DNA of 44,300 bases from a virus (lineage: Duplodnaviria > Caudoviricetes): positions 1 through 44,300 of IMG/VR virus record IMGVR_UViG_3300012953_000057. One strand, 5' to 3'. The notes beneath the pieces are model-generated. The model was not told the DNA's origin, searched no databases, and was given only the letters and a program-made list of their open reading frames with translations. A program made the position numbers and the translations under genes. This document shows positions 8,489 to 17,426 of this stretch, in pieces; the stretch's first letter is position 1, and each line of letters starts with the position of its first letter.

Positions 8489-10906
8489 ATGCAAATATAT
8501 ACTAACACTAATAGCGTTTTTCCAGATCAAGCAGTTCCATTAGCTGAAAAAAATACTGAGCAATATGGTATAGCAGTGGGTAGAGCAATAGAATCAGAAT
8601 GGTTTAGAAATTATAGAGGTACAGGTTATCAATTTTACAATAACTATACTTGGTTTCATACTCTAAGACTTTATGCTAGAGCAGAGCAACCTGTACAAAA
8701 ATACAAAGATGAGTTAGCTATAAATGGTGACCTTAGCTATTTAAACCTTGATTGGAAACCTGTTCCAGTTATACCTAAATTTGTAGATATAGTTGTTAAT
8801 GGTATGTCTCAAAGAACGTATGATGTTAAGACAATTGCTCAAGATCCAGAGTCAAGACAACAGAGAACAGATTATGCTCAAAAGCTTTTACAAGATATAC
8901 AACTAAAAGAATACAATGCTGCTGTGGAGCAAATATTTGCTGGCATGGGTATTAAAAACTTTACAGAAGATAAAAACACTCCAGAAAGTACAGACGAAAT
9001 ACCAATGCACTTACAGCTCACTTACAAGCAGTCTATAGAAATAGCTGAGGAAGAAGCAATAGATCAAGTGTTAGCAAAAAACAAATATGATTTAGTAAGA
9101 AAAAGATTAAATGAAGATTTAGTTATATTAGGTATTGCTGCTGTAAAAACTACATGGAATAAATCTGAAGGTGTTGTTATAGATTACTGTGATCCATCTA
9201 GAATGGTTTGGTCGTATACTGAAGATCCTAACTTTGAAGATCTTTATTATGTTGGTGAAATAAAATATTTAACAATACCTCAGCTTAAAAAACAGTTTCC
9301 AAAGATAGGGCCTGAAGAATTAGAAGTTATAGAAAAGTATAAAGGTAACGAGGAGTACATGAGAGGATGGAATGGTAGATATGATGATAATACTGTTCAA
9401 GTTTTATTTTTTGAATACAAAACATTTGTAGATCAAGTTTTTAAAATAAAAGAAAACCACCACGGTATGGAAAAAGCTCTTTTAAAAGAAGACACTTTTT
9501 TACCACCTGAAAATGATACGTTTAAAAGAGTTTCAAGAACTATAGAGGTTTTATATACTGGAGCTAAGATTTTAGGTCACCCAATGATGTTAAGTTGGGA
9601 AATGGCTAGAAACATGACAAGGCCAGAAGCTAACTCTCCTAAGGTAAATATGAATTATCAAATCTGTGCGCCAAAAATGTACAGAGGTAGAATAGAGTCT
9701 ATTGTTAGTAGAATAACAGGCTTTGCCGATATGATACAGTTAACGCATTTAAAAATACAGCAAGTATTAGCTAGAATGGTTCCTGATGGTGTGTATCTTG
9801 ACGTTGATGGATTAGCAGAGGTCGATTTAGGAAATGGAACTAACTATAACCCAGCAGAAGCTCTTAATATGTATTTCCAAACAGGTAGTGTAGTTGGTAG
9901 ATCTTTAACTCAAGAAGGTGAATTAAACAGAGGTAAAATACCTATACAAGAACTACAAAGTTCTAGTGGTGGTGCTAAAATACAAAGTTTAATACAGACT
10001 TATCAGTATTATTTACAAATGATAAGAGATACAACCGGGTTAAACGAAGCGAGAGATGGTAGTTTACCAGATAGAGATTCATTAGTAGGATTACAAAAAT
10101 TAGCTGCAGCAAACAGTAACACAGCTACAAGACATATATTACAAGCAAGTTTATTTCTAACATTAAAAACTTGTGAGAATATTGCAAGAAGAATAAATGA
10201 TTCTTTAATGTTTCCTTTAACTAGAATAGCTTTACAAGATTCTATTACTACTTTTAATGCTGCGACATTAGATGAGTTAATGAATAAAGAACTTCATGAT
10301 TTTGGTATATTTATAGAACTAGAACCAGACGACGAAGATAAAGCTAAACTTGAAGAGAATATACAGACAGCTTTAAGTCAAGGCAGTATAGACTTGGAAG
10401 ATGCTATAGATATTAGGAATGTAAATAACATAAAACTAGCTAATCAACTACTGAAGAAAAGAAGACAGCAAAAAGAGAAAAGAGAAGAAGCTATGCAACA
10501 AGCTAACATACAAGCTCAAGCTCAAGCTAATCAACAAACTGCTCAACAAGCTGCCTTATATGAAGTTCAAAAGCAACAAGCTTTAACTGAAAGTCAACTT
10601 CAAATAGAGCAAGGTAAATCTCAGTTTGAAATACAACGAATGCAAACTGAAGCTAACATTAAAAGAGAATTAATGGATTTAGAGTTTCAATATAATATGC
10701 AGCTTTCTAAAGCTAAAGTAAAAAGCGAAAGTGAGAAAATAGCAGAAATAGAAAATCGTAAAGACCAAAGAACTAAGATTCAAGCGACACAACAAAGTCA
10801 AATGATACAACAAAGAAAAGACGATGGTATGCCAACAGATTTTGAATCATCAGGCAATGATGTTTTAGATGGTTCATTTGGTTTAGAGGCTTTTAATCCT
10901 CGTTAA
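8489..10906 (+). CDS. portal protein
   Basis: 805 aa directly after TerL; PVIPKFVDIVVNG segment and a long Gln-rich C-terminal coiled-coil barrel as in podoviral/crAss-like portals. Confidence 0.88.
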   Translation: MQIYTNTNSVFPDQAVPLAEKNTEQYGIAVGRAIESEWFRNYRGTGYQFYNNYTWFHTLRLYARAEQPVQKYKDELAINGDLSYLNLDWKPVPVIPKFVDIVVNGMSQRTYDVKTIAQDPESRQQRTDYAQKLLQDIQLKEYNAAVEQIFAGMGIKNFTEDKNTPESTDEIPMHLQLTYKQSIEIAEEEAIDQVLAKNKYDLVRKRLNEDLVILGIAAVKTTWNKSEGVVIDYCDPSRMVWSYTEDPNFEDLYYVGEIKYLTIPQLKKQFPKIGPEELEVIEKYKGNEEYMRGWNGRYDDNTVQVLFFEYKTFVDQVFKIKENHHGMEKALLKEDTFLPPENDTFKRVSRTIEVLYTGAKILGHPMMLSWEMARNMTRPEANSPKVNMNYQICAPKMYRGRIESIVSRITGFADMIQLTHLKIQQVLARMVPDGVYLDVDGLAEVDLGNGTNYNPAEALNMYFQTGSVVGRSLTQEGELNRGKIPIQELQSSSGGAKIQSLIQTYQYYLQMIRDTTGLNEARDGSLPDRDSLVGLQKLAAANSNTATRHILQASLFLTLKTCENIARRINDSLMFPLTRIALQDSITTFNAATLDELMNKELHDFGIFIELEPDDEDKAKLEENIQTALSQGSIDLEDAIDIRNVNNIKLANQLLKKRRQQKEKREEAMQQANIQAQAQANQQTAQQAALYEVQKQQALTESQLQIEQGKSQFEIQRMQTEANIKRELMDLEFQYNMQLSKAKVKSESEKIAEIENRKDQRTKIQATQQSQMIQQRKDDGMPTDFESSGNDVLDGSFGLEAFNPR

Positions 10907-10928
10907 TTATTAATTATTATATTATATT
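10907..10928 (+). promoter_or_regulatory. (ATTAT)n tandem leader upstream of the scaffold gene
   Basis: TTATTAATTATTATATTATATT directly before the ATG; near-identical to 14599-14621. Confidence 0.45.
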
Positions 10929-12098
10929 ATGTCAGAAGAAGTAAAACAAGAAGGCGAATTTAAAATGAAAAAGAAGCCTAAAAAACTTTCTCAAACTAAA
11001 GACAACACAACTGTTGTTGACTTTAAAAAGCAAGAGGAAGAAGCTATAGAGAAAAAAGAAAAAGAAATAGAAAATGCCGTTCAAGAGTCAAGCGCAGAGA
11101 AAGTGGATGTGGATGCAACATCCGGAGATGGCGAAAAGGTGGGAGAAACACACACCGAAAAGCAAGAAGCTACCGAAGAGGTTGAAAAAGAAACAGTAGT
11201 AATAGAAGCTACTGAAGAACCAGAGGTAGAAGAAAAACAAGAAGAAAAACAAGAAGATATTAAAACCGAAGCACCTCAACAACAGCTTCCAGAAAACATT
11301 GAAAAACTAGTGGAATTCATGGAAGAAACTGGAGGAACTGTTGAAGATTATGTAAGGTTAAATGCGGATTACTCAAAATTAGATAGTGATTCGTTATTAA
11401 TGGAATATTATAAAGCTACAAAACCACATTTAAGTTTTGATGAGATCGAATGGTTGATCGAAGAAAACTTTGATTGGGATGAAGACGAGGACGATGATAA
11501 AACCATCACTCAAAAAGAAATAGCTTTAAAAGAAGAAGTTGCAAAGGCCAAGGGCTTTTTAGAATCAACAAAAAAGAAATATTATGATGAGATCAAGTTG
11601 AGACCATCAGAAAATTCTAACGAGGTTCAAAAAGCTATGGACTTTTTCAATAGATATAACGTGGAACAAGATGTGAATAAAAAACGTTTTGGTAGATTTC
11701 AAGAAGGTACTGATAGTTACTTCAACAATTTCGAGGGCTTCGATTTTGATTTAGGTGACAAGAATATTAAGTACAAGTTGAATAATACTGAAAACACTGC
11801 TAAAGCACAGTCAGACCTTAACAATCTAGTTAAGAAGTTCTTAAACAAAGATGGAGAAGTTTCTGATTTTAATGGCTATCACAAGGCTATATACGCTGCT
11901 AGAAACCCAGATTCTTTAGCTCGTCACTTTTACGAACAAGGTAAAGCTGATGGAATTAAAGGTGTTATGGGTAAATCAGCTAATATAGACAATGCTGCAA
12001 AGCCTAACCCAGGTGAAATTACTTTTAATGGATACAAGGTTAGAGCAATAAGCGGAGATGATAGTTCCAAGTTAAAAATTAAAAAATACAAAAAATAA
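10929..12098 (+). CDS. putative capsid scaffolding protein
   Basis: Highly acidic, Glu-rich N-terminal half; located between portal and major capsid genes. Confidence 0.65.
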   Translation: MSEEVKQEGEFKMKKKPKKLSQTKDNTTVVDFKKQEEEAIEKKEKEIENAVQESSAEKVDVDATSGDGEKVGETHTEKQEATEEVEKETVVIEATEEPEVEEKQEEKQEDIKTEAPQQQLPENIEKLVEFMEETGGTVEDYVRLNADYSKLDSDSLLMEYYKATKPHLSFDEIEWLIEENFDWDEDEDDDKTITQKEIALKEEVAKAKGFLESTKKKYYDEIKLRPSENSNEVQKAMDFFNRYNVEQDVNKKRFGRFQEGTDSYFNNFEGFDFDLGDKNIKYKLNNTENTAKAQSDLNNLVKKFLNKDGEVSDFNGYHKAIYAARNPDSLARHFYEQGKADGIKGVMGKSANIDNAAKPNPGEITFNGYKVRAISGDDSSKLKIKKYKK

Positions 12099-12119
12099 CT
12101 TTAACTTAAAATCATAAAA

Positions 12120-13592
12120 ATGGGATTTGTAAATAATAACACCGGTGTTAATACTGGAGCTTTTCCAGCTCAGATTAAGCCGATGCCACAGAAAATGACC
12201 CTGCCTGATAATTATATTAATTTTCATGACAGCAATTTTTCTACATGGACACAACAGTATCTACCTGAGCTTTACGAAGCAGAAGTAGAGAGATATGGAA
12301 ACAGAACTTTATCTGGTTTCTTAAGAATGGTTGGCGCTGAAATGCCAATGACATCTGATCAAGTAATTTGGTCTGAACAAAATAGATTACACATTGCTTA
12401 TGAAGGTGTTGAAAGAACTACTTCTAGCTCTAATGTTTTCAAAATACCTGGTAACTTTGCTTTGAAAATTAACAACACTGTTTTACTAGCTAATGGAAAC
12501 ACTACTGCAAAATGTATTGTTAGTGCTATAGACATTGCAAACAGTGAAGCAACTTTATTACCTTACCAAGATGCAGATATCACTGGCGCTTTTGGATCTC
12601 TTGAAGATAACTATAAACTATTTGTTTATGGATCTGAATTTCCAAAAGGTGTTGGTAACAGACAAGATTCAATTGAGCCTGTACCAAGTACTTTCTCTAA
12701 TAGTCCTATCATTATGAAGGATTACTTTGAAGTATCTGGTTCTGATACAGCTCAAATTGGTTGGATCGAGATTGCTGCTGAAGACGGATCTGCTGGGTAT
12801 TTCTGGTATATGAAATCTGAAGCTGAAACAAGACTTAGATTTGAGGATTACATGGAAATGATGTGTGTTGAAGGTGTAAAAGCTGATGCTGGTTCTGGTG
12901 CATTAGGTGCTGCTGGAGATACTCTTTTCGTACCTACTGGTAATCAAGCACCTGTTAAAGGTACTCAAGGTCTTTTTGATGCTATCGAAGACAGAGGTTT
13001 AGTATGGAACGATTTTGCTGGTGCGGCTGCTCCTGGAGCTGGTGCATTAGGTGATTTCGATGCTATCCTTAAGCAATTAGATAAGCAAGGAGCAATTGAA
13101 GAAAACATGTTATTCTTAAACAGAGCTACTGCTCTTGACTTTGATGATATGATCGCTGCTCAAGCTGGTGGAGGTTATGCTTCTACTCAAGCTGCTTCTT
13201 ACGGTTTATTTGAGAATGAGCAAGAAATGGCACTTAACTTTGGATTTGCTGGTTTTAGAAGAGGTTCTTATGACTTTTATAAAACTGACTGGAAATATCT
13301 AAATGATGCTACTACTCGTGGTATGATTAAAGATATCGATGGTGTTATGGTACCAGCTGGTACTTCTACAGTATATGATCAAATGTTAGGTCAAAATATC
13401 AGACGACCTTTCTTACATGTAAGATATAGAGCTTCTCAAGCTGATGATAGAAGATATAAGTCATGGATCACTGGATCTGTAGGTGGCGCGTATACTTCTG
13501 ACATCGATGCTATGCAAGTTCACTTCTTGACAGAAAGATGTTTAGTTACTCAAGCTGCAAATAACTTCGTATTGTTTAAGTCGACTGTATAA
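12120..13592 (+). CDS. major capsid protein
   Basis: 490 aa after portal/scaffold; strong T-ending codon bias suggests high expression; motifs ERYGNRT..GFL, WSEQNRLH and GFRRGSYDFYK recall Bacteroidota podovirus capsid proteins. Confidence 0.85.
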   Translation: MGFVNNNTGVNTGAFPAQIKPMPQKMTLPDNYINFHDSNFSTWTQQYLPELYEAEVERYGNRTLSGFLRMVGAEMPMTSDQVIWSEQNRLHIAYEGVERTTSSSNVFKIPGNFALKINNTVLLANGNTTAKCIVSAIDIANSEATLLPYQDADITGAFGSLEDNYKLFVYGSEFPKGVGNRQDSIEPVPSTFSNSPIIMKDYFEVSGSDTAQIGWIEIAAEDGSAGYFWYMKSEAETRLRFEDYMEMMCVEGVKADAGSGALGAAGDTLFVPTGNQAPVKGTQGLFDAIEDRGLVWNDFAGAAAPGAGALGDFDAILKQLDKQGAIEENMLFLNRATALDFDDMIAAQAGGGYASTQAASYGLFENEQEMALNFGFAGFRRGSYDFYKTDWKYLNDATTRGMIKDIDGVMVPAGTSTVYDQMLGQNIRRPFLHVRYRASQADDRRYKSWITGSVGGAYTSDIDAMQVHFLTERCLVTQAANNFVLFKSTV

Positions 13593-13624
13593 TTTACATT
13601 ATTAATCTTTAAACAATAGAAAAT

Positions 13625-13945
13625 ATGGCAAGTTTATTAAACATGGCCTGGGAATCAGGCTCGCTAGTTTTAAATGTAGAAGGTGTTTACAGAGTTGATG
13701 CTTCGTCAACAAATGCTGCTAAGTTGTTTTACAACGTAGCGTCTGGGGCAAGTGTAGCTGTTTGGGCAACTACAGTTAAATTTAGTGCTAATATAACGTC
13801 AGGAGATTTAGACTCTTTAAGAGTTGCGATTGATGACGTACAACAAATTCCTAACGGAATTGTAACTTTTGTTCCACCATCAAGCAGTGACATAACATTA
13901 GCGGATGAAGATCCTCTAAAAACAGCTACTGCTTCTCAAACGTAA
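13625..13945 (+). CDS. putative auxiliary capsid/virion protein
   Basis: 106 aa immediately after the major capsid gene, before a terminator. Confidence 0.55.
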   Translation: MASLLNMAWESGSLVLNVEGVYRVDASSTNAAKLFYNVASGASVAVWATTVKFSANITSGDLDSLRVAIDDVQQIPNGIVTFVPPSSSDITLADEDPLKTATASQT

Positions 13946-13950
13946 AGACT

Positions 13951-14562
13951 ATGGATAACATGATTATTATACCTTTAAACGGTTCAGTTATTGTATCGAA
14001 TACTGCTGTAACAGGCGGTGACGTTTCAGGTGCGGTATTTGTAGCTGCTGGAACTACTAGCCTTGTTGCTAGTGGAGGTTCTGGGTCTGGATTAACTGCT
14101 ACTATTACTATTGGTGGTACTAGTACAGCTAATATGACTGCTTCAATGACAGTTACAGCTGGAGGATTAGGATACAAAATAGGAGATGTAGTTTCTTTTG
14201 AAGATCCTCTTGGAGGAGACTTTACTGGACCTGTAACATTTACTTTAGCCGCGGCTAATTTGGTTGGTCTTGGTTTAGCTTCTAAAAACTTAGTAGCACC
14301 TCCTCATGGACAACTAATGCACGTTGACCCTGAAGCTGCTTCTGATGATGTAAGCGCTGGTTACATTAAAGTTCATCAAATTGAACCTGATCACGATAGA
14401 AAATGGTACATATATTTAGATGGTTTAACAACAGCTAATCACACAGATGTGGTTTTAGCTATTAATGTTAAACTAAGACAATGTATGCAAAGTCCAAATT
14501 CTCATTCGGTAATGGATAATTTACCCGCAGGAGTATCTTGCGCTAAATTAACGCTGAATTAA
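13951..14562 (+). CDS. putative capsid decoration protein with a Gly/Thr-rich beta repeat
   Basis: GGSGSGLTATITI...VTAGGLGYKIGDVVSF, a G.GY..GD beta-repeat common in virion proteins. Confidence 0.55.
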   Translation: MDNMIIIPLNGSVIVSNTAVTGGDVSGAVFVAAGTTSLVASGGSGSGLTATITIGGTSTANMTASMTVTAGGLGYKIGDVVSFEDPLGGDFTGPVTFTLAAANLVGLGLASKNLVAPPHGQLMHVDPEAASDDVSAGYIKVHQIEPDHDRKWYIYLDGLTTANHTDVVLAINVKLRQCMQSPNSHSVMDNLPAGVSCAKLTLN

Positions 14563-14571
14563 AACAATAAT

Positions 14572-14599
14572 AAGATCCCGCTTCGGCGGGGTCTTTTTT
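14572..14599 (+). terminator. intrinsic terminator after the capsid genes
   Basis: AAGATCCCGC-TTCG-GCGGGGTCTT followed by TTTT; C(UUCG)G tetraloop. Confidence 0.9.
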
Positions 14600-14621
14600 A
14601 ATTATTATATTATATTATATT
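14599..14621 (+). promoter_or_regulatory. (ATTAT)n tandem leader
   Basis: TAATTATTATATTATATTATATT directly before ATG 14622 and just after the terminator. Confidence 0.45.
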
Positions 14622-15380
14622 ATGAAAAAACAAGAAACAAAAAACATTTTTGAGTATAAAGATAGAAACTATTATTTAAAAGGAAACACATCTCCTTTGA
14701 TATTTAAACTAGGTTCTAGACATACTCGTAGACATCCTTTATTATGGTTTGATGCAGAAAAAGGATATAACAGGGAGCTAAGATATGCTACTAATCAAAA
14801 GTCAATATTTGTAGACGAGCAAGAAGGACCTGTTACTTTAGAACATATTATTTTTCAAAACGGAACTTTAAATGTTAGTAAAAATAATACAACTTTACAA
14901 AAGCTTTTATCTCTTTACCACCCAATGAGAGGTGAGCTTTATGAAGAATTTGACGCTATTCAAGAAGCAGAAGATGACTTTGATATATTAGAATTAGAAA
15001 TTAAAGCTACTACATCTGCTTATGATTTAGATATAGACCAAGCTGAAGCTATACTAAGAGTTGAAATAGGTTCAGATGTATCTAAGATGAGTTCTAAGGA
15101 AATAAAAAGAGATATTATATTAATGGCTAGAAAAGAGCCTGCAATGTTCTTAAACTTAATGAATGATGAAAATGTTGTTCTAAGAAACTTTGGTATTAAA
15201 GCCACAGAACAAGGTTTATTAAAGATGTCTCAAGACCAAAGAACTTTCCAATGGGGAAGTAATGGTAGAAAATTAATGACTATACCTTTTGAAGAAAATC
15301 CATATTCAGCTTTAGCTGTTTGGTTTAAAACTGATGAAGGAGTAGAAGTTTATAAAACTTTAGAGAAAAAGTTAAAATAA
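14622..15380 (+). CDS. hypothetical protein in the head-tail module
   Basis: 252-aa ORF flanked by terminators; RELRYATNQKSIFVDEQ segment. Confidence 0.7.
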   Translation: MKKQETKNIFEYKDRNYYLKGNTSPLIFKLGSRHTRRHPLLWFDAEKGYNRELRYATNQKSIFVDEQEGPVTLEHIIFQNGTLNVSKNNTTLQKLLSLYHPMRGELYEEFDAIQEAEDDFDILELEIKATTSAYDLDIDQAEAILRVEIGSDVSKMSSKEIKRDIILMARKEPAMFLNLMNDENVVLRNFGIKATEQGLLKMSQDQRTFQWGSNGRKLMTIPFEENPYSALAVWFKTDEGVEVYKTLEKKLK

Positions 15381-15391
15381 CAAGTGATTAT

Positions 15392-15423
15392 AAAAAGGGT
15401 GGCTTTCCGCCACCTTTTTTTTT
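15392..15423 (+). terminator. intrinsic terminator (potentially bidirectional)
   Basis: AAAAAGGGTGGC-TTTCC-GCCACC followed by T9. Confidence 0.85.
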
Positions 15424-15435
15424 AAACTAAAACAA

Positions 15436-16251
15436 ATGGCAATAGACGTAAATGATGTATATCAAACAGTACTTTTTATATTAAACAAAGAGCAAAGAGG
15501 ATATATGACTCCACCTGAGTTTAATCAAGTGGCTGCTCAAGTACAGCAAGGTATTTTTGAAAAATATTTTGAAGACTTAAACTTTTATTTACGATCACCT
15601 GTTGTAGCTAGTGAATATGCAGATAGAATAAAATCTACTGAAGAAAAAATAGCTTTGTTTGAAATAGCAGAGCAAATAAACACAGATAGTACTATTACAG
15701 GTCAAGCTTACTCGCCATTTATATTAGGAGAAAATCCTGATCCTTTGTTACCTAGCGAAGGTACAACATACCCCGTACATAGATTAGGAACATTAACTTA
15801 TGAAACTAACAACTTATTAGAGTTAGAAATACAAAAATGTACAGTTCACGAACTAACCAAGATAAGAAGATCAAAACTTACAGCGCCAACAGCTGCAGCC
15901 CCTTTATATACTTTAGAAAATTCTGTGGCAACTCCACAATCATCTAATCAAGCTAGAGTATTTCCAAACAGCATAAATAAAATTACGGTAAATTACGTTA
16001 GAAAACCTAAAAATCCTATATGGGCATTTGATATAGGTACACAAGGACAATACACTTATGTAAAACCAGGTCAACAATCTGAATATCCTAACTCACCAGA
16101 TGGCTCAGTTCACTTTGAAATATCTGATCAAGAAAAAACAGAGGTGGTTTTAGCTATACTCATGTATGCTGGAGTAATAATAAGAGACCCACAAATTGTA
16201 GGTGCTGCTGAAAAAGCCTTGCAACAAGAAGAAGTAACAGAAAAATCTTAA
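15436..16251 (+). CDS. tail tubular/ring (adaptor) protein
   Basis: V..ILNKEQRGY.TP.EFN..A..VQ...F and YVRKPKNPIW motifs resemble crAss-like tail ring proteins; position after the capsid genes. Confidence 0.7.
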   Translation: MAIDVNDVYQTVLFILNKEQRGYMTPPEFNQVAAQVQQGIFEKYFEDLNFYLRSPVVASEYADRIKSTEEKIALFEIAEQINTDSTITGQAYSPFILGENPDPLLPSEGTTYPVHRLGTLTYETNNLLELEIQKCTVHELTKIRRSKLTAPTAAAPLYTLENSVATPQSSNQARVFPNSINKITVNYVRKPKNPIWAFDIGTQGQYTYVKPGQQSEYPNSPDGSVHFEISDQEKTEVVLAILMYAGVIIRDPQIVGAAEKALQQEEVTEKS

Positions 16252-16257
16252 TAAAAA

Positions 16258-17424
16258 ATGGCACTACAATATCCAGACGGTGGTTTAATAGATGAAACGA
16301 ACGCAAATTATTATGCAGGTCAACAAGTATTCGTTGGAGATGGCAATGAAACTAAGTTTCAATGTACATTTAACACTCAGCTAGTAATAGGAGTACCAAC
16401 GCAAACAGTTTTAAGTAATTTTGAAGTTTATGTAAATGGAGGTGTTGTTTCTAGTTATACGTTAAATTCTAAACCTACTAATCAAATTGAGTTTAATGCA
16501 GCACCAGCAAACGGCGATCAGATATTAGTAAAACTTACTAAGCAAGCTGTAGAAGATAATTATGGTAGCTATGAATATATATCACTAAAAGAAATTGTTT
16601 CCAACTTTATGGTTGGTTACGTTGGAGAAGGTAAATTAATACCTAAAGTATCTAGAACAGATGTTATATTTCACGCTAAAAGAGGTTTGCAAGAGTTTAG
16701 TTATGATACATTAAGAAGTGTTAACCAACAAGAACTCACTATCCCACCTAGTTTAGCTTTACCAATACCCCAAGACTATGTTAATTATGTAAAAGTAAGC
16801 TGGCTTGATAGCGCTGGAGTAAAAAGAATTATATATCCAGCTGAACCTAATTTAACATCAGATCCTACTCAGTTACCAATACAAGACTCTGAAGGAATAC
16901 CAACTCAAGATAACGAACCTGGAATAGAGAGCAATATTCAAGCAGCTCAGTCTAAAGCAGAAGAAAGATGGAAAAATTTTAACCAACAAAACTTAACAGG
17001 TGAATATGATTTAGATGATTTAGGTGTTTATGATTGGGAATATTGGAAATTGTTTTATGGACAAAGATATGGTTTAGCTCCAGAAACAACTCAAGAAAAC
17101 GGTTGGTATACTATAAATAGAAGAACAGGTACATTTGGATTTTCAAGTAATTTAGTAGGAAAATGTATAATATTAGAATACATATCAGATGGTTTAGCAT
17201 ATAATATGGATTCTAAAATACCTAAGATGATAGAAGAAGCTATGTATATGCATATATCTTATGGGGTTTTATCATCTAGAATTAACGTACCTGAATATAT
17301 AGTACAAAGATATAGAAGAAGAAGATCTGCTGAACTTAGAAATGCTAAAATAAGATTATCGAATATCAAACTAGAAGAATTTACTCAAATTATGAGAGGT
17401 AAATCTAAATGGATTAAACATTAA
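16258..17424 (+). CDS. tail ring/structural protein with an N-terminal Ig-like domain
   Basis: N-terminus FVGDGNETKF...VYVNG...IEFNAAPANGDQILV (Ig-like); C-terminus FHAKRGLQEFSYD, P.DYVNYVK and LEYISDG. Confidence 0.65.
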   Translation: MALQYPDGGLIDETNANYYAGQQVFVGDGNETKFQCTFNTQLVIGVPTQTVLSNFEVYVNGGVVSSYTLNSKPTNQIEFNAAPANGDQILVKLTKQAVEDNYGSYEYISLKEIVSNFMVGYVGEGKLIPKVSRTDVIFHAKRGLQEFSYDTLRSVNQQELTIPPSLALPIPQDYVNYVKVSWLDSAGVKRIIYPAEPNLTSDPTQLPIQDSEGIPTQDNEPGIESNIQAAQSKAEERWKNFNQQNLTGEYDLDDLGVYDWEYWKLFYGQRYGLAPETTQENGWYTINRRTGTFGFSSNLVGKCIILEYISDGLAYNMDSKIPKMIEEAMYMHISYGVLSSRINVPEYIVQRYRRRRSAELRNAKIRLSNIKLEEFTQIMRGKSKWIKH

Positions 17425-17426
17425 AT

